A stretch of DNA of 64,000 bases. It comes from Chlorokybus atmophyticus. Its lineage: Eukaryota; Plantae; Mesostigma and Chlorokybus algae. Where the stretch lies: NCBI GenBank assembly GCA_009103225.1, contig RHPI01003578.1, positions 62,001-126,000 on the forward strand, given 5' to 3'. Numbering within the stretch: position 1 is the stretch's first letter; each line of letters starts with the position of its first letter. Shown piece after piece: positions 1 to 11,067 of this stretch. Under the pieces are notes generated by a model. It had not been told where the DNA came from. It was given only the letters and a program-made list of their open reading frames with translations, and ran no database searches. The translations under genes and the position numbers were made by a program.

Positions 1-589
1 GTCCGCGAACTTCATTGTAATATCATTTAAATGACGATGGTGAAGGCTTTGCTTATCATAATCTCTTAGATACATGGCATGCTTCGGCTCATTAAGGAAC
101 TTACCTGCGCCCGCGATAAAAATATAATATGTAGATTATATCGCTATTGCTTGTACATAATCTTACCATAACTTAACGAGTTTGAGCTTATCCTTTAAGG
201 GGTGCGCATCCGGTATCAATCGTTAATGGCGGACCATAAAATGCCAAGGATCTTCAAGATTACAATCTGTGGGGTCAAATGCGCGCTGTAGTAACAATTG
301 TTAAGCAGCGGTGTTATCACAGTTATCGCTTGCAAACTTTGCATAAAATATATCGCTTGTTAATCCAGCACGCAGCATGCACAGTTTGCCATACGGCTTG
401 TATATCAATGTCTCGTACACGCACTTGACTGTTTATAGTTGGCAATGGTCACTGCGCCACCTTTCGCAGCTCGCCAAGTACATCTTTCAACAATGCACTG
501 AGTACAAAATACCAGGCCCCTACTCGTTTCTTCCCTTTATAAAGAGTCAACAGTGCTTCAGCTAACTTTTCTCCGCTTTACGTACAAAT

Positions 590-927
590 TGTCAGGAGAG
601 GGGGTGCTCCCTCCTCCCTTTAACCCCCTACCCCAACACCACCACCAGCCACGTCGCCCACGCCGCCGCCGCCTGGGGCAACTGCCGAAGCAGAAGATCC
701 CCTGGCTATAGTAGTCGCTGCGTTAGCAGCGCCGCCATGCGGTTGATATCGACATGAGACTCATGTCTCATGTCGATATCAGTGTTACAGATAAGTAACA
801 CGACATTAGGGCCTTAACATAGGTTAACGGTCTTAATGTGGCTTAATAGGCTGTATAATCCCGTTGGGACCCTTATTTAATCTTAAATAAGGGTGGGAAA
901 CCTCTATGGAGGTAGCACACCGTTGCA
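590..927 (-). repeat. 3' LTR (338 bp)
   Basis: Starts TGTCAGGAGAG, ends CCGTTGCA; aligns to 7257-7599 at roughly 90% by eye, mostly transitions. Confidence 0.95.
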
Positions 928-940
928 TTCCCCCCCCACT
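928..940 (-). promoter_or_regulatory. Polypurine tract (AGTGGGGGGGGAA on minus strand)
   Basis: Purine run immediately adjacent to the 3' LTR. Confidence 0.9.
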
Positions 941-1050
941 TAGGTTTTAATGTCCTCATTAAAGGGTTAGCAAAGGCCCCCCACGAGAAAAAGAACGAAA
1001 GTAGTAAGAGAATCAGGGCCGAAGCGGTAAAGATGTTTGCCAGCACCCTT

Positions 1051-4000
1051 TTACCGTCCGCGTGTAGACAGTGTACTCCAGTACCCCCGAAAAATCTCCT
1101 GGCAGTTGGTAAGATTCTTTTCGGGCTCCCATGCATGGGAGCCCGAAACATATGTATTGTGCTCAACACCATACTCTTTCCATTTCATCAAGTAAGACGG
1201 CGCGCGTCCGCGTTGAGGCTTACGATGACTCAGGATTGCTTCCACCTCAGACTCAAAAGTATCGTCGCCATCCACTGCAACGGGGGGTGGAGGAGGTTAA
1301 ACCCGACCGTCAGAACGGTACGGTTTCAGTACACTCATATGAAACACATTGTGAGTGCGTATCGATTTTGGCAAGTTCAAACGATACGCGTGAGTGCCGA
1401 CCCGATCAATCACTTTAAACGGGCCTATCCAGCGAGGGAAAAACTTGCGGGTACCCACTCCCTTAATGGATATGTTTTTGGTGCTGAGCACCGAACAGCC
1501 CACATCGTAGTTGGCCTCTCTACGATGCGCATCAGCATGGGCTTTTTTTTCTGTCTTGCGCTGCGCGCAAACAGTCCTTTGCCAATGCTAACCTATCCTG
1601 CATGGCCGAAGCCATCTCGCGTGCTACAGGTACGCGAGTTATGTCGGTAGCTGGCAACGTAATATTTGCAGGACTCAATGGATGCACTCCATAATTCAAG
1701 AAAAACGGAGTTTCCTGCATACTCTCTTGCCATGCATTGTTAATTGCGAACTCAGCCATTGAGAGATAAACATCTCAATTTCATTGGTTCGGATTCTCAT
1801 AATGCCGGATGGTTTCCTCAATTATTTGATTGGCGCGCTCTGTCTGACCATCCATCTGCTGATGGTAAGCTGTGCTCATGTTCCGCTGAATATGTGAGAA
1901 GCTGCATAGCGACTTCCAGAACTGAGCTACAAATCGCGGATCGCGATCAGACACGAAGTTACGAGGCAAGCCGTGTAACTTAAACACAAAGGCGACAAAA
2001 ACCATGCTACTCACGGGAGCCTATTTCCGTGCGGCAAGGGACAATGTGAACCATTTTTGTTAAACGGTCCACACAAACTGCAACCGCAGTGTGCCCTAAT
2101 GCTGTATCTGGGAGCTCAGTAATTTGGTCCATACTCACACTTTTCCACTTGCCATCAGGAACAGGCAAAGGTCGCAGCAACCCAACGGGTTTCTGACGTA
2201 ACGGCTTGTCACGCTGACATTTGTCACACGTGTCAACATAATGCTTCACGTCAACAGGCAACGATGGCCACCAGTACAACTGTTGCGCTGCCTTGGTAGT
2301 CTTGCGACCCCCAAAGTGCCCAGCATACGGTGGATCGTGTACTTCAGCTATGCATTTTATGCGCAACCCAGCATGGTCAGGTTTCACCAAGCTGGCGCTC
2401 ATATAATACAAGTTGTCTCTTTTGCCAAGCTTTTGTACATTCTCTTGTTTAGAGAACCATGGGTATAATGCATACCCCTATAAAACAGCTTGCACAAAAT
2501 CATCATCAGGAGGCAATGTACCCTGTGTTGCAAGCAACTGCGCACGTATAAGTGCCAACAATGACGGATACCGACTCAGAGGATCTGCCACATTGGTTCT
2601 GCTCGGCCGGTATACCCATTCAAAGGTAAACCGCGACAAGAACTCATTCCAGCGAGCTTGCCTACGCGACAAGTTTAGCTGTGTTGAGAAGTACACCAAC
2701 GGGTTGTGATCAGTCACCACTATGAACTCAAATCCCTCCAAGTAACATCGCCATGTTTCAAGAGCATGCACAATACCAAGCAATTCCTGCTCAGTGGTAG
2801 TGTAGTTCACCTCTGCTGGGATGAATTTCCTACTCTCACAAGCACATGGTCGGCCATCCTGTAGCAATACACCTAAGGGTGGAGGCATTGCTAATCACAG
2901 TGAAGTGTTTATCCCAATTTGGCAATGCCAACACTGGTGCCGAAGTCAAAGCCAGCTTCACTTGTTGCATAGCAGCTTCTTGTGCTGCTGCCCAAGAGAA
3001 TGGGGTATCCTTTCGCAACAATTTTGTCAAAGGCACCACTACTGTGGAGTACCCCATCATAAACTTGCGAAAGTAGTTTGCCAATCCCAAGAATGATCGC
3101 AGCTGATGGATATTCTTAGGTCGAGGCCAATCCTTTACAACTTGCACTTTGCGGGGGTCAGGTTTCACACCCGCACCGCTCACAATGTGCCCCAAGAATG
3201 GCAACTCCGTCTTGCAGAAGTCACAATTCGCAAGATTGGCAAATAAGCGATGTGTACGCAGCAAGGCAAACACCGCTTCCAAGTGCTGCTTATGCTCTTT
3301 TTTGGTTTTACTGAAGACAATGATGTCATCCAAGTAAATTATAACATACTTGCCAAGTATGCCACCAAAAATCTTATTCATTTCCTTATGCAACACTGCG
3401 GGCGCATTAGTTAATCTAAAAGGTAACACTTTGTATTGATAATGGCCCGAAGGTGTTCTGAATGCTGTCTTGTAAACATCAGAAGGATGAATCCGGATTT
3501 GATGATACCCACTTGTCAAGTCCAACGTACTAAAGTACGCATTTCCCGACAATTTATCAAACACATCATCAATCCGGGGCAACGGGTATCAATTCTTTAC
3601 CGTGATCTTGTTCAAAGCACGGTAATCCACACACATGCCTAGCTTTCCATTCTTTTTCATCACAAACACAATGGGCGCGCAAAAGGGTGAAGAACTCGGT
3701 TTAATCAACCCCTTTTCCAATAACTCTTTGATTTGAGTTTCCATTTCCCCCCTCTCTCGGGGGCTCAGCCTATATATAGGCCGAAACGGAGGCTCACTAT
3801 CAGAAATGAGTGGTATTGTGTGTCCGACACCTCGGTCAGGAGGTAAGCCTGGCAACTCATCTGAGAACACATCTTGATATTATTTTCTGAATGATGTCTG
3901 CAACACCTTGTGGGTTTCCCGGCACAAAGTCGTCCAACGACGTCAAGTGTACCAGAAAAGCCGGTGCGTTTTTGCGCAACGCACGTTTCACTTGCAGTAC

Positions 4001-4420
4001 AGTGAGTAGCGCAGGGTCGGGCTGCTTGTGGATTAAGCTATATGACCCTTTCACAGACAATGTTACACGCTTACGACCTTTCTTTATTGTGCACAAGCGT
4101 GCGCCGGTATTCAATGTCATTTTGACATTCTCCTGCCATTCCTGTCCTAACACCACATCAACACCTGATATGTCGATGGATACCACTATGAAAGTAAGAG
4201 TGGCAAGATAATTACCAATCTTTATTTTCATTTTTATTTCCCCTTTCACTGGCAACGCACCCCCCACACCCGCAGCTGAAAATGCAGAGGGTTTACACGC
4301 TATTTTGTTGCGCACAACCCATTGTTCCTAAACGAAATTGTGTGTTGCACTAGTGTCAATCAAGAACGAACTTTTTACACCTTGCATTGTGCCACTAAAT
4401 GTCCACAACAGAGGTACTAC
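1051..4420 (-). pseudogene. pol: Gypsy pol (protease, RT, RNase H, integrase, chromodomain), fragmented
   Basis: FLIDTSATHNFV (protease-like), CVDYRALNK and YLDDIIVFS (RT), CACESRK..EQELLGIV (RNase H), HDPPYAGHFG..CDKCQ and VSDRDPRF (integrase), FEVEAILSHR..YLMKWKEY..WEPEKNL (chromodomain); split over at least 8 ORF pieces. Confidence 0.95.
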
Positions 4421-4830
4421 CCGTCCTTGAAATGTAGCCAAGAGTCTGTGACTAATGCGAGAATAAAGTAAAATTGCTGACAATCGCACTGTCCCTGTTT
4501 CACGCTTGCTAAATTGCTTCAACACGATTCCCCCTCGAGTGTGTTTCAACCATGGTCCATGATATTTAAGCACCATCACTACCACACTTAAGGTTTTGTG
4601 CTGACTTTGCAACTCGGTCAAAGTGTGCAACACACTGGTAAGCATGTTGAACTCCACATGTACCAACACACAAGTATTCTCCCCCACCTTTTCAACATAA
4701 AAAGGTGGCAACCTGTTATGTGCTTGCCATGCATGCGTCATTACATGCACTTGGGACAGCTCATCAACCAGTTTGCCACTAGTACAAGCAACTCGTTATC
4801 AACCACTCCTACATCAATCATGGCGTAATC

Positions 4831-6265
4831 CTATTCAACCTTCTTGGCCTTGCCCTTCCCCTTAGTTGGGCAGTTCTTTGCGATGTGGCCAGGCTGATGA
4901 CAGACGTAACAGGTGCGAGCAGCAGCAGGCATGGCACCACCAGCAGGTGCGCCACTGGTAGAAGCACCAAATGTCTTCGCCTTCTGTGCTAAGTGTGCAC
5001 TCGGATGAGAAAAACGCTTTCCTCCCACCCCCGGCGGCTTGGCCGAAATTGCCACATGTGACTTGTCCCTGCACCGCTGTGTCATCATTGTACAGGTACA
5101 CGCTCAGGTTCTGCAGCTTGGCCAAGTCCTCTGCAACCCAAGGAAGTCCCGTTGCTGTATTGTACTGCAGCTGATCACGCACACGCGCATCCAAGCCGCG
5201 CTTGTACAACTCAAACGGCTCGGCCTTGTCCATGGGCATGAGGCCGCTGTTTGCACGACCCACCAATGCCTAAAACTTCTGCAGATAGGTTGAGGCCGCC
5301 CAACCATTCTGGCGCAACTTGCTGAGCTTGTTGCGAGCCTGATTAGCCGGGTCCATGCCACCATAGCGTTCCATCAGAAGCTGAAAAAGTGCCTCCACTG
5401 TCTTGGCAGCACCATCTTCTGTCTGCCTTGCCCATTCGGCGAGAGCATCAGATGGCATGAGCAACTCAGCAACAGTAATGTGCTCATTAACCGGGCGCTT
5501 GAGTGCCGTCAAGTAGTGCTCGACAGTGATCACCCAGTCGTGAATGCTGACGCTGACGTTAGGCTTGAACTTCTCAGGCTTGTTCAGCGCTGTCACTGGC
5601 AGACCTGCTGAAGTAGCACCCGCCACCAGTTGGCGCAGCGCCACCAACTTAGACTGCATAGCATCGAGGCGTGCCGTCAACTGCACTCGGCCAGTCAACT
5701 TGTCTTCCAAGTTAGGTCCCAAGTACCAGAACACATCCTTGCAACGCTGTGAGGTTTCCACTCCCAAGTTGGCCAAAGCCTCAAACGCCATTCGCTTGCC
5801 TTGGTAAGGGAGAGGCTTATCATATACGGTCATAATAGCAGCCACCTTTGGATCACCTCGCACGAGTGGCGGGATGTTGTTAGTTAGCTCATGTTTGAGC
5901 ATGCGGATCACCATCTCCTTGCTTGCACGAGGGAGTGTGGCAAAGTCTGTCTCATAGCCATCACGAACCGTCTGCGCCCATGCATCCCACGTTTCCTAAC
6001 GAAGCTGAGGGTGGGCAGCAAGTAGAGCTTTACGCTCTCAGGCATACTTCTCAATGGCCTTGCCAATGACACTCTGTGTGTCCACTGCAGCTGGTCCACT
6101 TTGAGAAGACAAGTCGGGAGAAGCTTCGCTTTCTTGCTTAGCTCCTTCCTTCTCACTGTCATTAAGCTTATAGCTTTCACTTGTGTCAGAGTAGTTCACC
6201 TCCTCTTCACTCGAAGGCTCATATGATGTGGACTTCTCCACATCATCCCCTCCTTGGTCAGACAT
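4831..6265 (-). pseudogene. gag: Gypsy gag with CCHC zinc knuckle, interrupted
   Basis: ORFs 6038-6376 and 5270-5914 are in the same frame separated by stops (ATG at 6265, MSDQGG...); KPEKFKP..W motif; CYVCHQPGHIAKNC knuckle in a shifted frame at 4831-5088. Confidence 0.85.
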
Positions 6266-6614
6266 TTGCCCAAGAATACAAGCCGTCAATAGTAGAAGTG
6301 TGCAAGTGCACAAAACACACAAGTTGTGCACTGCGAAAGTGTCAAAATCTATAGATTTTGTCTCGTCAAGTTTCAAGTGCTTAACGTGGAGTATTCAGCT
6401 TAAATAAGAGCTCTCCACACCCCTTTCAACTAGACACTCACTTTGAAACAAACCGCACGCGAATGCACGCGGCGATTCACAAGTTACAACTTGTCAAAGT
6501 TTTCACTTTGTACAACTCGGCTCAACCCACAATTGTAATTGACACACAGTGTGCCAAAATCTCGTTGAATCAACCCTACAGGCTGATATTAGCAAGTTGT
6601 GAGTTGTGAGTTTC

Positions 6615-6790
6615 ATATCGGCCACAGAGTGACTCTGGCGGCCTCACCGCACTAACTGGCGGTAACGGCAGCCGATGTTGCCATCAGAGTGCCTCACATG
6701 TTTGATATCGGCCGCACACAGTGACTCTGGTGGCCTCACCGCACTGACTGGCGGTAACGGCAGCCGATGTTGCCACCGGACTGCCTCACA
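6615..6790. repeat. Two tandem ~90-bp copies in the retrotransposon 5' untranslated region
   Basis: ATATCGGCC...GTGACTCTGG.GGCCTCACCGCACT.ACTGGCGGTAACGGCAGCCGATGTTGCCA...GCCTCACA occurs at ~6615 and ~6705. Confidence 0.9.
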
Positions 6791-7243
6791 AGAGTTAGTT
6801 TTGTGAATACAATTTCACACCCTTCACACCACCACGAATTCATGTGGTGGCAAGCACACAAGCACAAGCACAGTAATGTTATCACAATAATGTGATTACA
6901 AGTGATGTGCTCGGCATGCAATGCTTGGGGGATGGGATGCCCGAGTGGCCGCCTCCCCTTCACGCAAGCTAACAAGCCTGGCTAGGCAAGGTAGGGCAAG
7001 GCAAGCTGACTAGGCTAAGCTAGGCTAAGCACCAGTAGCAATTATAACGACTATAACAACAACAACAACAACAACAACAACAACTAGCTAACAACCGCCA
7101 CTACCCCCCCTAGTGGGTAGCGGCTGCTAGTTGCCGCCGCCGCTGCAGTCGCTGCCGCCTGCCGCCACTGGTCAGTGCTGCCGCCAACCGCCGCATTCGC
7201 TGCCGCCTGCCGCCGCCCCTCCCACAGGCCCCTCGCCGCCCGC

Positions 7244-7255
7244 GCTCCGATACCA
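7244..7255 (-). promoter_or_regulatory. Primer-binding site, tRNA-iMet type (TGGTATCGGAGC)
   Basis: Begins 1 nt inside the 5' LTR boundary; one difference from the common plant PBS TGGTATCAGAGC. Confidence 0.9.
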
Positions 7256-7256
7256 A

Positions 7257-7599
7257 TGTCAGGAGAGGGGGTGCTCCCTCCTCCCTTTAATCCCCTACCC
7301 CAACACCACCACCAGCCACGTCGCCCACGCCGCCGCCGCGAGGAGCAACTGCCGAAGCAGAAGATCCCCTAGCTACATCGGCCGCTGCGTTAGCAGCGCC
7401 GCCGTGCGGCTGATATGATATCCACATGAGACTCATGTCTCATGTGGATATCAGTGTTACAGATAAGTAACACTACATTAGGGCCTTAACATAGGTTAAC
7501 GGCCCTAATATGGCTTAATAGGCTGTATAATCCCGTTGGGACCCTTGTTTAATCCTAAATAAGGGCGGGGAACATCTATGGAGGTAGCACACCGTTACA
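7257..7599 (-). repeat. 5' LTR (343 bp)
   Basis: Starts TGTCAGGAGAG, ends CCGTTACA, followed by TSD CAAAT. Confidence 0.95.
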
Positions 7600-10016
7600 C
7601 AAATGGTGTTAACTCAAGGCTATGATTGATTGGCAAAATTCTTGCCACAAGCGCCATTATGCGCGCTTTCCACCAATGCAAGCAATTGCGTCATATGCTT
7701 TTATACAACCGCAACAGATAATCAACGCTTGGAAACTCCGGCAAATCCGGCCGACGTCATTGGGTCGTTACATTTAAAAAAAGGCGGAGGAGGAGGGCGC
7801 GTTGCCTGTTGAGAAGGATTGATCACTGCAGCATACATCAACTTCCACATGTGTGCGTAAACTATTTCAACTAGTCATTCGTCTGATTGGTTTTGCCGCG
7901 CATGTACAATGTTGCACTTAATGGTTAGCACGTGACAGCGTGAGTATTTACGTGATATGGTGCGAGTATGTTCCTCATGGTGAAAAACTTCTTCAGCATC
8001 TGCGAGAAATCGTGAAAACTTGTTCCACGCAGCACATTGCGCTGCAATAACAGGTACAACGGTCGTTCCATGGCTCCGCGTTTAGTCAAAATAGTATCAA
8101 AGGTGTCTACAACACACTTGGCCGGTTGCCTCGTAATACGGTCGTCATGCGACGGTATGGTAAAGTCTTTCTCTTTGGCTTGCACCTTCTTACAAGCTGA
8201 GAGAGGAGATATATGTTACTGTCTGTTCCCAACCTACCGTACATATAACATGTTGAGGGTTGAATCATTACGCATACACCAACATTACAACCACTAAGTG
8301 AACAATTAGGGCGTCCGTAACTGTATGAGTACAACTAAGATTCCGCGTCGAACTATAAATGATAAACTTAACAAATGGTAGATTGCCAACAATCTTGTCT
8401 TTGCCAATTCTCACACGATAGGTCACACCGTCTTTAATAACCTCCATGGGACACTTCAGCACGTTAACCCATTCACAAGAAAATATACGAAGCTTAAAAC
8501 ATCGCCTGTGCACAAATGTCAATATACACACCACAGCAAGACAGCAAGACAGTTGCAACTTATGTACCATCCCTTTCACGTTGGACAAACAAAAGTCTGA
8601 AGTAAAAACCGCGCGACGTTGGGCAACGATGAAGACACTTGACGCGTAACGGATTGGCGCACTTGGCCATCCATTAATGCTCACATATTCTGGTAGATTA
8701 AAGTTACTAGCGTTTTATGTTTTTTAATAAAGGCAAGCGCACTTTGCAACCAGCTTGTTTATCGTTCTCCGTGATGGTGTCTTTGTTTTTTTTCACTTGT
8801 CCATTAGCCCACTAACATATCCAACCCAACTTATGCGCTTTCTAATTCACTTCATCATCAAAGTTTGTGCAATGAAGACAACATGCTGTGCATGTATGCA
8901 CGTGGGTTGATGACTGCGTGCTACACATGCATGTCTGCATGCGTGACCTTTTGTTTGTGCGTGCATCTATATGTATGATTGCATGTGTGTGCGTGCGACT
9001 ACATGCGTGTGCTTGGGTGCATGTGCTTGCGTATGTGTGCATGTGCATGCAAGTCGTGACACATTGCACACCGCATTTTCTATGCGTGCGTGCGTGTGAG
9101 TGCGTGACTGCGCGCTCGTGTGCCCCACATTGCGCACTCCCAAACCGTAATGTGCTAACCAATGTCTGATGTAGGTATGCGAGCGTACAAGTACATCAAC
9201 ATGATGCTAACATACTTGTATAAACGAACATGCTGAAACGAAGCATACCTGACGCAGGCGGGGGCGGCAGCGGTTGAGGTGGCGAAGGCGGTGAAGGAGG
9301 AGGAGGAGGAGGAGGAGGAGAAGGGGGAGAAGGGGTGTGTGAGGTGTTAGTAAGACTGAAGACCTTGAGTAATAACGCAATATCCATGAACTTGACAAGA
9401 TACTGAGGCCAATAAGCACAGCGTGCCAACTCAGTCCGGCAAGTGTTGTGGAACAGGAAGTGTAGCGCTTTGGACCCACATAAGCAATCAAAGACGCACT
9501 TTTGGTGTACACCACGAACGCTCGTACAATATTTGTCTGCACAACAAGTTGATATGGTACGCATGTAATCATAATGTGCACTTGTGTGTTAATATGTTTC
9601 ACACGACACAGCAACAACATAATTGGAGACATGCGTTCGCCATAAGGTGCTGTTGAAATACATACCCTTCATGTGTTAATGTATGGCTGCAACACAAATG
9701 TGGATGAGCATGCTGCATTCATGAACGTAATATTGTCACCGTCTCAATTTTGACCATGAGAGGTGGACATGTCACATCTGAGCAGTTGACAACTTCGCAC
9801 TTCATTGTACTTAATGGGCGCGATTGCCACCATTAATAATAAGCTGCGTCGCATGCAATCGTTTTTGATTATCAAAACGCAAATGGTACATACCATGCAT
9901 CATACGATACCTGTATCACTCTTGACAGTGAAGCGATGAAATTCTACGAGTTGCGTAATGTTTCTATGTCGTCAATGACGGAGTACATAATAGTAGAATA
10001 CACACAATACACCCAG

Positions 10017-10180
10017 TGCAATAGCCCCGTAGCACCGTCGCAATGGCCACAGAAAGTGGGCAAGCCACTCTCTACTGAGACCAAGCCGTCTATAAGTGGC
10101 TTACACAATGCAATAGCCCCGTAGCGCCGCCGCTATAGCCACAGAGCTTGGGCAAGCCGTCTACAAGTGGCTCACACGGT
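10017..10180. repeat. Diverged tandem repeat, ~92-bp period
   Basis: TGCAATAGCCCCGTAGC at 10017 and 10109, each followed by GCCACAGA..GGGCAAGCC; GCCGTCTA.AAGTGGCT also occurs twice. Confidence 0.75.
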
Positions 10181-11067
10181 GCACGCACAACAAATGCAAG
10201 ATGCAAATCACATTACATATGATGCAAATGTCAAATCAGCTTTCCACCTTGTCAATGCATTCACAATTAGCGGCACCATGCACGCGCTAAGTATGGATGG
10301 AGCCTTGCAACATAATACATTATTAGCAACTCGCGCTAAAATTTCCATGCTCACACAGAATCATACGCATGCATTTTGCGAATGTCAGCATGCGTTAAGT
10401 GTAACCACACTCCCAACAAGCATGATGATTATCATCATCATTGCGACAACTTCCAGCAATAGGCTGCTTGCTGTTCGCGACATCTTAATGTTCAATACGC
10501 TTCCTCGCAGGTCTCGTCTTGATCTGTGCAAGTCCTGCGCAAAGCATGCAATGAAGTACAATTAGCCAAGTATACTAAGTAATAAGCAGGACTGAGTAGT
10601 AGGTGTGAGACGATGTGGTGTGATTGCACACACACAGTTCAACCAACCAACCAACCAACCAACCAGCACCTGGCGTGCACAATCGTGCTATATATAAAAT
10701 CATGTGGTGCCAACTTGGACACATAACTAGCCCCAAGAATGGTTTCACTGACGACTAACATTTGCTTTTCAATATAGCCCAGCCTCATCTGCCACCTCCA
10801 ATCCGCCGCCGCCAGCACAGCCTTATCTCCCACCTTCCTCCGCCTCCGCCTCCGCCCCCGCCGCCGGCCCCGCCGCCGACGCAGCTGCCGCTACTGCCCG
10901 TCACTACAGTCTGCAAATTCATAACATGCATTTGAATTACGAACCCTAATCTTGTAAAATAGTATAATCAGAAGCCATAACCAGTAGCAACGTTCGCTGC
11001 TGGCTTAGCTTCCTGTCGCGGCCTCAGCTCACTCGATATTCACTGAATAGTGACTTTAAAGTGAATA

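Larger units (their letters stand above)
590..7599 (-). mobile_element. Ty3/Gypsy chromovirus-type LTR retrotransposon, full length but decayed
   Basis: TG...CA LTRs at 590-927 and 7257-7599; 5-bp TSD CAAAT at 585-589 and 7600-7604; PBS and PPT present; internal order gag-ZnK-PR-RT(YLDD)-RH-IN-chromodomain on minus strand, broken by stops and frameshifts. Confidence 0.97.

Noticed and set aside
8842-9169. His/Thr/Cys-rich ORFs here and at 13516-14305, 43490-43788
   Set aside because: Products of CA/TG-rich low-complexity intron or intergenic sequence
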